A stretch of 64,000 nucleotides of DNA. It comes from Rhizophagus irregularis (Eukaryota). Made by a program: the position numbers and the translations under genes. A model generated the notes under the pieces. It had not been told where the DNA came from. It did not search any database and saw only the letters and a list, made by a program, of their open reading frames with translations. The stretch spans positions 3,596,001-3,660,000 of the forward strand of contig NC_089431.1 of the NCBI RefSeq assembly GCF_026210795.1, given 5' to 3'. Below, piece by piece: positions 12,167-24,945 of this stretch (within the stretch, counting starts at the first letter, position 1; every line of letters begins with the position of its first letter).

Positions 12167-14125
12167 TTAAAGAGCGTTGATATCAAGTTCAATTTCCTTG
12201 GTAATATAACTAATATATCCTGTTATTGAATTAAAGAAAATAGATAAATTTATGATAAAATATTATTAACTTATTTTTATAAAAATATATTTACTTACCA
12301 TTATTATTAGGTTGATTAGAATTAATATTAATATCTAATTCAATTTCTTTCGTAAAGTAATCTAAAAAAAAATAAATAGATTTAATTAATTAAAACTATG
12401 AAATAATTATGTTGACTGTTTAAATTAAATTTTATTTACCATTATTTATTTCTCCAAAAAATTTTCTTCTTTTAATACTTTGGCCTAAATAATTTTTTAA
12501 AAAAATATTGTAAATAAGCTTTCATTATTTATTGAGTTTATTAAAGCTTAAAAATTTAACCTATTAAGCGATAATAAAAATAGCTAATTTTATAAGGTTT
12601 AATTTTCGTACCATTGTCTTTATTATTATTTTTGTCAACTAAATCAACTTCAAACTTTCTTTTATCTTTAGCATTAAAATAAATAATAATAATTAATAGC
12701 GATCAAAAATACTACATAAATAATATATTAGCAATGATAACCAAATAATTACCAGTAAATGATTCATTATTTTCCATACAATAATAATAAAATGGATCTA
12801 AATAATTGTTTCAAAATAATAAAAGCTTTAAATTTTTATTACAAGTGTATTGATAGTATCACAAAATTACTTACCGATAGCTTGATTTCTTAAACTCCTT
12901 AAAGACATTGCAGATTGAATCAAATGACTTAAAGGTCTACTCTTATAAATAGCACCTGGATTATTTATCGTTACAGGCCCAATATCTGATGATTCCATAA
13001 TTTTAGTCGCAGTATTTTTCCGTTCCGTATCCCGCATTTTATTAAGCTTCCAATATATAACAATAGCTGATGGTCTTTTCTTCGGATCGGAATGCCAGCA
13101 ATCTTTCATTAATTCAATATATCCTTCAGGTGCATTTGTAACAATTGGTGGTCTTAATCCGTCACATATGTTAATTATAAGTTCTGTATCATGATTTTCA
13201 TTCCAAAAAGGTCTTCTTCCTGTCATAAACTCCCACATAATCATTCCAAAACTATATACATCTGAAGCTTCTGTATATTTTTGTCCTTGAAAAATCTCTG
13301 GTGCCATATAAGGAATAATACCATAATTCTCATTATTATCTGTAAATTCAGTTGCAGATTTGCTTATTCCCAGATCACCTATACACGCAAAATGTTTACT
13401 AAAAAAGATATTTCCACTGTGTAAATCTCTGTGAATAATTTTTGCTTCATGAATATTTTTAAGTCCTACTATTATGTTATACAATCGACATAATTTTATA
13501 AACCAACTAATATTATAAAAATCATTACTTAAATAATGCATCAAATCGCCTGAATTATAATATGGCATAACAATTATGATATCTTTGTTAACAGGTTCTT
13601 GAGTAATTCCAAAATATTCACAAACATAACTCGTTGTGTAACTATTTGAAACAATCTGATAAAATAACTTTAGCTAAAAAAAAAATCAATTTATTATCAT
13701 CATTAAATTAAAATATTGTACTATGCTATGTACTGTACCTCATTCAATTCCTTGGAGGTGATATTTTTAGAATTATTAAGTTTTTTTAGAGCAACCATAT
13801 AATAATTCTTACGAAAAATATAATCAGCACTACGCTTAAAAAAGTACCATTCAATTGGTCCATCAACCCAAGTGGCCTTATAAATTTTACTAAATCCTCC
13901 TTCAGCAATAAATTCTATATTGTTAAATTGTTCATAAGGAATAAACTCCATTTTACCTCCTACCATAATAGAATAATCACTTTGAGTGTATCTGATAAAA
14001 TCATCAATAACTTTGTTTCCGCTTGATTTAAGCATTGTCTTTATTTTATAACAAATGAGACAAATTTGTTGACCTTTATCAACAACTCTTCTTTCTCTGT
14101 TACATTCATTACATTTTTTATACAT
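12167..14125 (-). CDS. TKL-like protein kinase with N-terminal CxxC..CxxC motif and micro-exon C-terminal tail
   Basis: Exons 14125-13739, 13673-12875, 12797-12753, 12665-12612, 12484-12440, 12361-12299, 12219-12167. Motifs AEGGFS, VALK, HRDLHSGN, DLG, YMAPE, DVYSFG. Confidence 0.88.
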
Positions 14126-15211
14126 GTTTATTTTACGTTTTGAGTTTTGTGCCCGTCTACTTAAATGATATTTTATCTGATATTAAAAAGCCAATTTTAT
14201 CAATTTTATGATAATAATTCATTAATTGTTCCAGACTTTCTAGTGTATATATACTTTTGTATAAGAATTCCATAAGAGAATAAAAGAATTCCATGAAAGA
14301 ATACAAGAATTCTGTAGATGGTAATTAATATTAATTCAACAACCAATGAGAAAATACTGTGTACCGTGAGACAGATTACAATATTGTACAGTTGTATTAA
14401 TATGTTAACTTTTTTTCGTTCGCTGGGATACGCAAATATATCACGTGATCTCATGTTAAATTTTTTTGTCCCACGCTGTAATATGTGGATCTATTTGATT
14501 CGACGATTATTATAAACCAGGTTTAAATATTTCATATGCTGGGATGGACATTACCCCTGCTATAAATCCATGTTATAAATTGGGTAAATTGATTCAGACC
14601 TGGGGTATTTTAGTCAGTGCTAACGCGGAAAAAAAGTATTTTACATTTTTACTGCGGTAAAAAGAACCTCATTTTATAAAAGATCAAAATTTTAAAAAAA
14701 AAATTTTTAAAAATAAAGTTAACAAAAGTTCCCTAATTATTCAATAACAGGATAATGGTTATTTAAATTTAAGAATTATCAAACAAATAAACAAAAAAAA
14801 AATAATTTTTATTCGAATATTATTCATTATATCGTATGATATTGCTAAATGATCGACAGAAATGATCGACAGAATATAAAACATTGAATATATAAGCACG
14901 AATCAACTTTTTGATAGGGAATAAACAAATAATAAAGCTTCAAATTTCCTGTAAAATACCAATAGAAATAAATCATTGCGTCGTACGACTTTTCATTTCC
15001 TTTTAATTACTAATTCATTTAATGATCCGTCGTGTACTCGTATCACCTCATTCGCTTTTACGATGATCCCCGATTATTGTATATTTTAAGGAAAGTGTAA
15101 CATCAATACGTAATTTTATTGGTGCACATCAGTCTCACCACTATTTTAATTTTTGTTTATTTTAACTATTATTTCATAAAAAAAAAAAACTTTTACTCGA
15201 AAAAACAAAAA

Positions 15212-17596
15212 ATGCCTTTAAATAATAATAATAATATTTCATCAAGCGAAGACGAAAATTTCTTAAAAGATTTTTTAAAAGAATTTTATCGTCAAATTAT
15301 AAAAATCGATAATTATACTAGTATTGAAAATATCTTAACGGAATGGATACAAGAATTTTTTGATAATAATAATAAAAATTCTGAAAAAATTTTAAAATTA
15401 ATGGAAAATCATGAAGAAAATGAAAATTGGTTCTCAAGTTTAATAGGATTTTTTTATGATAATGATATTGGTATCATAGATAATTATAATTTAATTAATA
15501 AAGATAAATCTTTTAAATATTATAAATTATCAATTGATAAATATGAAAAAGATGAAAATAAAAAATTATTTTCTATTTATCAATTACTTAATATCATTAT
15601 TTCAAAATTTTTATTATCAATTTATTATTATAAGGATATAATTTTATATAAAAGAGATTTGATTATAAAAGAATATGGAAGTTTGGAAAATAATCATGTA
15701 ATGTCACATAATCAATTTGAAAATTTTAATGGATTAAAAATGATTAATTTATGTAAAGATGAGATAAGTGTTATGGAAAATTATTTTGAATTACAAGATA
15801 ACGATGAACATAACGAAAATCAAATAGACTATATTAAAAAGAAAGAATCAATAGATTTAAATAATTTAGGCTACTGTTATCAATATGGAATAGGTAAAAA
15901 AAAAGATATATTTAAAGCATTTGGACTTTATTTAAAATCAGCAGAAGGAGGAAATTCTGGCGCACAAAATAATTTAGGTTATTGTTACCAAAATGGAATT
16001 GGAATTACAAAAGATGAAAATAAAGCATTTGAATGGTACTTGAAAGCAGCTAATAATGGAGATTCATATGCACAATATAATTTGGGTGTTTGTTACCAAA
16101 GCGGGAATGGGATAAATAAAGATTACAAAAAAGCTTTTGAATGGTATCTTAAATCCGCTAAAGGAGAGTATTCATGTGCACAATATAGATTAGGTTATTA
16201 TTATCAAAATGGAATTGGAATATCCAAAGATGACAATGAAGCATTTAAATGGTATATTAAAGCTGCTAAAGGAGGAATTTTAGATGTAGAAAGTATTTTA
16301 GGAAATTTTTATATAAATGGAATTGGAACACCTAAAAATGAAAGTAAATCATTTGAATGGTATTTGAAAGCTGCTAAAAGAGGAGATTCAAATGCACAAA
16401 CTAAAATAGGTTATTATTATCAAAATGGTATTGGAACTCTCGATGACAGTTGTAGGGCATTTAAATGGTATATGAAAGCTGCTGAAGGAGGAAATGTAGA
16501 TGCACAAAATAATTTAGGTGAATGTTATAAAAATGGAATTGGAACATCTAAAGACGATTATGAATCTTTTGAATGGTATTTGAAAGCTGCTAAAGGAGGA
16601 AATGTAAATGCACAAACAAATGTTGGTTATTATTACCAAAATGGAATTGGAGTATTAGTAAAAGATCCGGAAAAGGCTATGTTTTGGTATAATAAAGCAG
16701 CAGAAGGTGGATCCATTATGGCACAATATAATCTAGGCTTTTATTATGAATTTTTTGAAAAAAATGAAATTAAAGCATTTGAGTATTATAAAAAATCAGC
16801 CGAAGGAGGATATTTAGAATCTCAAGTTAAACTTGGCTTTTTATATAATTGTGGTTATGGAACGAAAAAGAATTTAAAAAATGCTGTTTATTGGCTTGAG
16901 AAAGCATCAGAAAATGGAAGTAGCCTTGCAAGATATAATTTGGCTGAATGTTATGAATTAGGAAATGGTGTGGATATAGACGAAACTAAAGCATTCGAAT
17001 ACTATAAAGAATCATCCAAAAATGGATATGTGGGCGCAAAATTTATACTTGGGTATTACTATGTAAATGGTATTGGGACGGAGGTCAATAAAGAAAAAGG
17101 ATTTGAATTATTTAATGAAGCAGCTGGTAGAAATGTACCAAATAATTTAGAAAACGCAATAAGTGATATGGATAAAGTTAATTATTGGTACCATAAGAGT
17201 GCAGAAGAGGAAAACAAAATTGCATTGTATAAATTAGGCGAATGCTATGAGTTGGGTAAAGGCGTTTGTCAAAATGAAAGGAGAGCATTTGAATTTTATA
17301 AAAAATCAGCCAAACAAGGATTTATTGATGCTTATTGTAAACTTGGACATATTTATAACAATGGATTTGAAATTGATATTAATAAAGAAAAAGCATTTGA
17401 TTCATATAAAATTGCTGCTGAAGGAGGAAATGTTGATGCACAAAGAAGCATTGCATCTTTATATGAACAAGGTGAAGGTACTGAAAAAAACGTAGAAAAA
17501 GCTATTTATTGGTATGAAAAAGCTGCAGAAAACGGCTGTTTAAACTCTAAAGATAATTTACACAATCTTTTAATAACGCAACAAGGATATTTGTAA
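15212..17596 (+). CDS. SEL1-like (TPR-like) repeat protein
   Basis: Single long ORF; likely ATG at 15212 (MPLNNN). About 15 repeats of AQxNLGxCYxNGIGxxKDxxKAFEWYxKAAxxG. Confidence 0.93.
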   Translation: MPLNNNNNISSSEDENFLKDFLKEFYRQIIKIDNYTSIENILTEWIQEFFDNNNKNSEKILKLMENHEENENWFSSLIGFFYDNDIGIIDNYNLINKDKSFKYYKLSIDKYEKDENKKLFSIYQLLNIIISKFLLSIYYYKDIILYKRDLIIKEYGSLENNHVMSHNQFENFNGLKMINLCKDEISVMENYFELQDNDEHNENQIDYIKKKESIDLNNLGYCYQYGIGKKKDIFKAFGLYLKSAEGGNSGAQNNLGYCYQNGIGITKDENKAFEWYLKAANNGDSYAQYNLGVCYQSGNGINKDYKKAFEWYLKSAKGEYSCAQYRLGYYYQNGIGISKDDNEAFKWYIKAAKGGILDVESILGNFYINGIGTPKNESKSFEWYLKAAKRGDSNAQTKIGYYYQNGIGTLDDSCRAFKWYMKAAEGGNVDAQNNLGECYKNGIGTSKDDYESFEWYLKAAKGGNVNAQTNVGYYYQNGIGVLVKDPEKAMFWYNKAAEGGSIMAQYNLGFYYEFFEKNEIKAFEYYKKSAEGGYLESQVKLGFLYNCGYGTKKNLKNAVYWLEKASENGSSLARYNLAECYELGNGVDIDETKAFEYYKESSKNGYVGAKFILGYYYVNGIGTEVNKEKGFELFNEAAGRNVPNNLENAISDMDKVNYWYHKSAEEENKIALYKLGECYELGKGVCQNERRAFEFYKKSAKQGFIDAYCKLGHIYNNGFEIDINKEKAFDSYKIAAEGGNVDAQRSIASLYEQGEGTEKNVEKAIYWYEKAAENGCLNSKDNLHNLLITQQGYL

Positions 17597-17920
17597 AGTT
17601 TATTTAGTTATTTTTATCATATGTAAATCCGCCAATTATTTATTTATATATTTATATATTTATCCATTTATTTATTAATTTTTACTCATTTTAAATAAAT
17701 AATTATTGTATATCCATTATTAGTACTTTAATAATTGATATTTGTTTACATAATAAAGGAAATTAATATTTAATTACCGTAATTATCGTACTACCAGTTT
17801 TCTTCATGAGGAGTTCAGATAGTCATTATAAATTTGGCCCGGATAAACACAGGGAAAATGTTTGTCGAGAAATATGAATATATAAATGGAAGATCAAAGC
17901 TTAGGTAATACTTAAAAAAT

Positions 17921-18584
17921 GGTTACGGTATGCTTCGCCAGAGGGAAGTTTCTCCGAATGGGCGTTTCAGGAGGATATTTCGCCAAATCTTTTTCCCTAT
18001 TTCGTCGAAAGACATTTTGCCAAAAATGTTGGTGATTAATATTCATTAACGATTCGATACAAAGAAAATAAAAATGGTTCAAAAATTTATGAGTATGGCG
18101 AATTTGCTATCTTTTTTTGAACTTAAGACTGAATAAAATTAGTAATTTTCCTTAAATCAAAAAAAAAAATAAACAATCACGACTCATAATTTGTAAATTA
18201 TTCGTTTAAAAGGAAAATTAAAAAATTCCATGTCCTCGGAGAAATGTCCTGGCTTCAGCGCAAGATGTCCTTTGCCCAGTAAAAAGTTCTTGTACCAAAT
18301 ATAGGCCAATTATGAAATGAGCCCATTCGGTATAAAATTTGGCCATATTTATTTTAATTTTATCCCATTTATGGTCCAATTTTCGTACCAAACAGGCTCA
18401 TGTATAAATTCAATACAAACCTAATATGAATTCAGTACAGGACTTTTTACTGGGTTGGTAAATGAGTTTCGATAAATTGTCCATTTAGGAAAAATGGCAT
18501 TCCACTTCGGTGAAACATACTTCGGCAAATTGCTTTGGTGAAATGGTTTCATTGAGGTGGACTTCGACAACAAGTCCGAATACC
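17921..18584. mobile_element. Degenerate MULE-like MITE, same family as 58741-59463
   Basis: Starts GGTTACGGTA, ends TCCGAATACC; subterminal TTCGCC/TTCGG repeats in opposite orientations; flanks cttaaaaaat/tttaaaaaaa could be a degenerate TSD. Confidence 0.6.
18275..18454. mobile_element. Nested CACTA/EnSpm-like MITE
   Basis: TIRs CCCAGTAAAAAGTTCTTGTAC / GTACAGGACTTTTTACTGGG; TTG on both flanks (18272-74, 18455-57). Confidence 0.7.
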
Positions 18585-19406
18585 TTTAAAAAAAGGTTCA
18601 TTCATTATTATTATGAAATTTCCGTATTTTTTCACAGAAGAATTATTTAAAAATGGTTAATAATAAAGGGTTTTGTTTTTATCGCACCTGTGTTACGTCG
18701 CAACCCTATTTTGCGAATTCTCTTATGTGATCCTTAATGATTGTATAATCCTGTTTCTCGTTATCTTTCTCTCTTAACGTGCTTCTTTTCTTATATCGAA
18801 CACTTGGCGTCAAACATTATAAATAAATATAAACGTCCATTTTTTGTTATCGTTATATTAGATCTACCTCATGAAAATTGATTCCATGTCTTTGTTAAGC
18901 GGATTTTGGTCTGGGCAGTTTTATATTTGAAGTTTCGTTTGTCGCTAGCTAATCTTTCCACATATTCCCACTTTCCTTGATTTAGGTCACGTGGAGTATC
19001 GGAAAAATGTTTAGCCAAGTAATCATTGGACATCGGCGATCTTACCAGACCTTTTGTTTCCATTACTCGTTTCTTTCTTTCTAATTCCTTTATTCTATTT
19101 TCTAAATTAGATATAGTGTCTTCATGTTACTTTGTTTCGTCTTTATGGCTCAATATTGTTCGTTCTTTTTTATATATTTATTTTTGATTTTTTATTCATT
19201 TTAAATAAATAATTATTTGTATAACCATTATTACTTTTTAATAAACATTATTTGATTACATAATATTATATCGGCTAAACTTGTAGATTTGTGTTCAGTT
19301 ATGCACAGATTAATCTTATGTAACATTTAAAAGAAGTTCATTCATGAATTAATTAGGGAATTTCGTATTTTTTTTTCTTACCGAAAAAAATACAATAATT
19401 TAAAAA

Positions 19407-22181
19407 ATGGACGACGATAAACTTTTAAAAAAATTATCACAAAATTTACTTGAAATTTTAGATGATGATGATGAATATTATGATATTACTATTGAAGTTG
19501 GAAGTGACACTTACGTTAAAATATTTCGTGCCCATATGAATATTTTAAATTATCGTTCTCCTTATTTACGAAGAATTTTATCAACTAATAAAAAGAAAAG
19601 TGATGGTACTTTGGTACAAGTTAAGTTGACAAGTATTTTACCTGAAATTTTTCAAATAATTTTAAGGTACCAAGTAATGAAATATTGAATTAACAAGTTG
19701 TTATAATAAATACTTTTATAATTATGAAATTTTTTTTTCATTTTAGATATACACTACCCTCCCAAAAGTATCCGGTCAACCAATAAAAATCATATTTTAT
19801 TAATAATAATTAATATTTAGTTGGCCATCCATTGTTTTTAATGCATGCTTCAATTCAGCGTAGTATGCTCTCAATTAAATTAATGTAAGTTTCGGATGGA
19901 ATTCTTTCCCACTCTTCTTTTAGCTGTTAATCCAGTCGTGTCCTAAAATTTCCAAAAAGTACCATTACAGACACAATTGTTCGATACAAGAATTTTAATC
20001 CTGATAGTTTCATGTCCTTTCCAAAGGCCAATAATTTGCCCACACTCACTCAATTCACTAGTTTTTCCCATTTTAAAAGTAGCTGAATGGCGTAGTAACA
20101 AAAAAAAAGCATTGGCAAAAATTGAGGCGTTATTATTTTTTTATTGCCAAATCTGGTACAAGTATCATAACACAATAAAAATACATTCATTTTAATCGTT
20201 AGAACCAGGGGAATTATTTTTTTTTAAAAAAAATAATACTTTATATATTCAATCTTGAGAAAATCAAGTTGAGCTTGACCGGATACTTTTTGGAGGGTAG
20301 TGTATTTATGGGGGAGGAATAACTCTGGAGGAATATGATAATTTATATTGTCAAAATCTTGGTTACTGCTTGTGAATTGAGTCTTAAAGAATTAGTCGTG
20401 TATATACAATCCTTTTTGACTAAAAATAAAACTGGCTGGATGGAATTAAATTTTAATTTGATATATCAAACGAGTTTTGAAAATAATTCTTTCTTGGAAC
20501 TTCAAAAATATTGTACTGATTTAATGTCTAAATATCCAGATAAGATACTCAAATCATTAGATTTTTCTGCAACTCCGGAAAAACTTATTGTCTCGCTTAT
20601 TCAAGATAATAAACTTCAAATGAGTGAAATTCAAATATGGGAACATGTTCTTAAATGGGGTCTTTCACAAAATCCTGAGCTTTCTTCAGACCCTTCTAGT
20701 TTTTCAAAGAATGATTTTAATTCTTTAAAGAATACATTACAACAATGTATTCCGTTTATTAAATTTTATAATTTAACTTCTAAAGAATTTTCAGATAAAG
20801 TATTACCCTATAAGAAAGTCTTACCAAAAGGATTATATAACGATTTATTAAAATCATTTTTAAATTTACATCCTAATAGCAAGCCAATTGGTATATCAGA
20901 ACCTCAAATGACTAAGGAAATTAATGTTGATGACACTAAGAAATTATTCGAATGGTATATGAAAGCTGCTGAAGAAGGAAATTTAGGTGCACAAACTAAT
21001 ATAGGTTTTCATTATCAAAATGGAATTGGAGTCCCAAAAGATGAAAATAAAGCATTTGAGTGGTATATGAAAGCTGCTAAAGGAGGAAATTTAGATGCGC
21101 AAAATAATTTAGGTGATTGCTATAAAAATGGAATCGGAATATCTAAAAATAAAAATAAATCTTTTGAATGGTATATGAAAGCTGCTGAACGAGGAAACTT
21201 AATTGCACAAACCAATATAAGTCATTATTATCAAAATGGAATTGGAGTAGAAAAAAACTTGAACAAATCTATCCATTGGTATAGTAAAGCAGCAGAAGGT
21301 GGATGTGAAATAGCACAATATAATCTAGGATCTTTTTATGATGATGGATTGGGAATTGAAAAAAATGAAGTCAAAGCATTTGAATATTATATAAAATCGG
21401 CTGAAAAAGGATATTTAGACTCTCAAGTTAGACTTGGCTATTGTTATTATTATGGTTATGGAACGGAAAAAGATTTAAAAAAATCTTTTTATTGGTTTGA
21501 AAAAGCAGCAAAAAATGGATGCCTTGCAAATTATAATTTAGCTGAATTTTATGAATTAGGAATCAGTGTAGATAAAGATATAAATAAAGCATTTGAATCC
21601 TATAAAGAATCAGCAGAAAATGGATGTGTAGATGCAATATTTAGACTTGGATATTATTATGTAAATGGTATTGGAACTGAGGTTAATAAAGAAAAAGGAT
21701 TTGAATTATTTAATTAAGCAGCTGGTAGAAATGTACTACCAAATAATTTAGAAGAAAGTGTAGTAAGTGATATGGATAAAGCGAATTATTGGTATCATAA
21801 AGCAGCAGAAAAGGAAAATAAAATTGCATTATATAAATTAGGTGAATGTTATGAGTTAGGTAAAGGTGTTTGTCAAAATGAAAGGCAAGCATTTGAATTT
21901 ATAAAAGATCAGCTGAACAAGGATTTATTGATGCTCATTACAAACTTGGGAATATTTACTGTCATGGATATGAAATTGATAAAGAAAAAGCATTTGATTT
22001 ATATAAATTTGCTGCGGAAGGAGGAAATATTGATGCACAGCTGGCTCTTGCATCTTTATACACACGATGCGAAGGTACTGAAAAAAATATAGAAAAAGGC
22101 TGTTTATTGGTATAAGAAAGCTAATGAAACCTTGAAGGAGGAGTATTTAGACACCCTTTTAAATATATTAACCTCAGATTA
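19407..22181 (+). pseudogene. Chimeric BTB-BACK-SEL1 pseudogene
   Basis: Exon 1 19407-19666 (BTB). Exon 2 from 19747 is interrupted by a Tc1 element; frameshift near 20346; BACK then SEL1 repeats; premature TAA at 21715 (GAA in the paralogue at 17116); further frameshift near 21900. Confidence 0.85.
19752..20302 (-). mobile_element. Internally deleted Tc1/mariner element
   Basis: 28-bp TIRs CACTACCCTCC(C/A)AAAAGTATCCGGTCAA with 1 mismatch; TA TSD (19750-51, 20303-04). Minus strand retains the transposase N-terminus MGKTSELSECGQIIGLW (ATG 20071) and C-terminus EEWERIPSETYINLIESILR*IEACIKNNGWPTKY* (ends 19810). Confidence 0.92.
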
Positions 22182-22324
22182 ATATTATTTATGATCATCT
22201 TTGTATTATTTTACTTTATTATTTACTCATTATTTGTTAAAATATTAAATAATAAATACTTATAATTTATGTCCATTATTTAGTTACTATATAAATATTG
22301 TTGGTATAAACTCAATTTTTTTTT

Positions 22325-23300
22325 GTTATTCAAAATAATAAACTTCAAATGAGTGAAATTCAAATATGGGAATATGTTCTTAAATGGAGACTTGCACAAA
22401 ATCCTGAGCTTTTTTCAGATCCTTCTAGTTTTTCAAATAATGATTTTAATTCTTTTAAAAAGAATACATTGCAACAATGTATTCCGTTTATTTTAATTTT
22501 ATAATAATTTAACTTCCAAAGAATTTTCAGATAAAGTCTTACATTATAAGAAAGTCTTACCAAAAGGATTACTAGTATAAAACGATTTATTAAAATTATT
22601 TTTAAATTTACATCCTAATAGCAAGCCAAGTGGTATATCAAGAAACTAAAATGACTAATAAAATTAATATTGATGATCATGGAATGTGCAAAATAATTTA
22701 GGTAATTGCTATAATAAAAATGGAATCGGAATACCTAAAAATAAAAATAAATCTTTCGAATGGTATATGAAAGTCGCTAAAGGAGGAAATTTAAATGCAC
22801 AAACTAATATCATAGGTCATTATTATCAAAATGGAATTGGAGCAGAAAAAAACTTGAACAAATCCATCCATTAGTATAGTAAAGCAGAAGAAGGTGGATG
22901 CGAAATAGCACAATATAAACTATGAAGTTGGATTGGGAGTTAAAAATGGAGTTAAAGCATTTGAATATATTAATAAATCAGCTGAAAGAGGATATTTAGA
23001 ATCCCAAGTCAAACTTGGCTTTTTATATAATTGTGGCTATGGAATGGATAGAGATTTAAAAAAAGTTACTATTTATTGACTTGAAAAAGCAGCAAAATGA
23101 AAGAAAATAGCCTTGCAAAATATAATTTAGCTGAATGTTATGAATTAGGAATCATTGTAGATAGAAATATAAATAAAGCATTTGAATTCTATAAAGAATT
23201 TGCAGAAAAATGGATATGTAGGCGCAAAATTTATACATGGTGTAAATGGTATTGGAACCGAGGTTAAATAAAAAATGGATTTGAATTATTTAGTGAGGCG
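22325..23300 (+). pseudogene. Degraded partial duplicate of the BACK-SEL1 fusion
   Basis: Collinear with ~20595-21715 (caaatgagtgaaattcaaatatggga..catcctaatagcaagcca..SEL1 repeats) with many indels and stops. Confidence 0.85.
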
Positions 23301-23654
23301 TAAAATTATATTTTTTTAGTTTCTATTTGATTAAAAAAAAATTTTTTATATAAATAATCTTACAACATTTGCGACTGTTATTACTATGATCAAACTTTTG
23401 AATCAAAACAATTTCAGTTGTTTAAATTCGAAATATCACATCAGTACTCGTGCAGATGAGCATCATATCCTTTTATAAAGATAACCCGAGGTGTCCCATA
23501 TTAACATTATTAAATTCATTAAACAATGGATTGATAGAAGATTCATCAATGAATGATAATGTAATGATGATAAAATTATATTTCATACTTAATAAAAAAC
23601 TGGTATTATTGCGCTTTTCAAATTGTGCTACCCCCTGCAGGCCATCTAATAAAA

Positions 23655-23835
23655 AAGATTATGAGATTATGACTACAGGATGATTACTGGACAAAAACTG
23701 GACAATTTTGTCCGGTAATTGTCCTGTAATCGTCCTATAATCATCCTATAATCGTCCTATAATCATAATCACTCAGTAATTGTCCAGTAATTGTCCTGTA
23801 ATTGTCCTGTAATCATAATCATCAAGTAATTATAA
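23655..23835. repeat. 11-bp tandem repeats (TAATTGTCCTG/TAATCGTCCTA) in fold-back arrangement
   Basis: Left arm tacaggatgattactggacaaaaactggacaat faces right arm tttgtccggtaattgtcctgtaatcgtccta... Confidence 0.6.
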
Positions 23836-24945
23836 CGTATACAGAATTCTGAAAACTGCGATAATAAAAAAAATAGCTTTTATTAATGTTATTGTTTTTA
23901 TGACGTAAAAATTATGATGATATTAAATATAACTCAAGTTTAAAATTTTTCTAGATTCTTAAATTCTTAATTACTTAGAGTTTAAATCGAAGTAAAAATC
24001 ATACTGAACTATACTTGGGTTAGATGTTTGTCTTCAAAGTATCTTATTTATATACATTTTATTAAGAGTTTGTTTTTGCAAAATCCTGATAGCTCTTTGA
24101 ACAAAAAAACTTTCATAATTCAAAATTTTCAAGTATCGTTCATTTTGTAATAAATTTAGTTACTATATAATCACTTTAATTACACTTTAAAAAATGATAA
24201 CGTTAACTGAAACAGCTGAATGTCATTATTTATTTAGACTAGTCAATCGTTGAGTTATTCCTTCAAAAGTCTTTATACTTGCTCGAGCAGGAATTATTTC
24301 CAATATGATAGAATAGTAACAATTTGCATTATCTATAAAAAATTAGATTTTACAATTAACCGTATTATAACTTAAGTATAAATTATACATTTTTACATGT
24401 GAATTTTATTAAGAGCATTAGTAATAAACATAAACCTTCGTATAAAATTTGATTTTTTACTTATAAGTTAGCTTTTTTTGTATTTTGTTTAGAGTAAATT
24501 TTAGAAATTATAAAAGTAAGTAAATCTCTGTATCTCATGCTTAATGAACCAATTTTTTTATTTCTATTTTATGTGATATGCGATAATCACATGGTTTACA
24601 CCTTTCCTGCCCACGTGATCATTGTAAAATATTTGTCACACGGTATCACACCCTCTGCATTTCCAACTTGGATTTTTTTCGAGGTGTGTAAAATTATAAA
24701 ATTATTTTTCACATACTTATTCATCACGTAGTTAATTTCTTAATTCCGTAATGCCGGCCAAAAAGTCACGTGGGGCAGAAAAGTGAATCAGACATATATA
24801 GTGATCATGTTACCATGTGCAAATTTATGTAAGTTTAATTTGTGCGACAAACGGGAATTGCCGATCCGAAATTCATATATAATAAATTTGATGTAACTTT
24901 TAGTAATTTTGGTATCCCTTTTCTTTCTTCTCTCTTTCATTTAAT

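Noticed and set aside
18670..19170. Coding-like minus-strand fragment (ISNLENRIKELERKKRVMETKG..)
   Set aside because: Interrupted by stops and no recognisable family; cannot be named.
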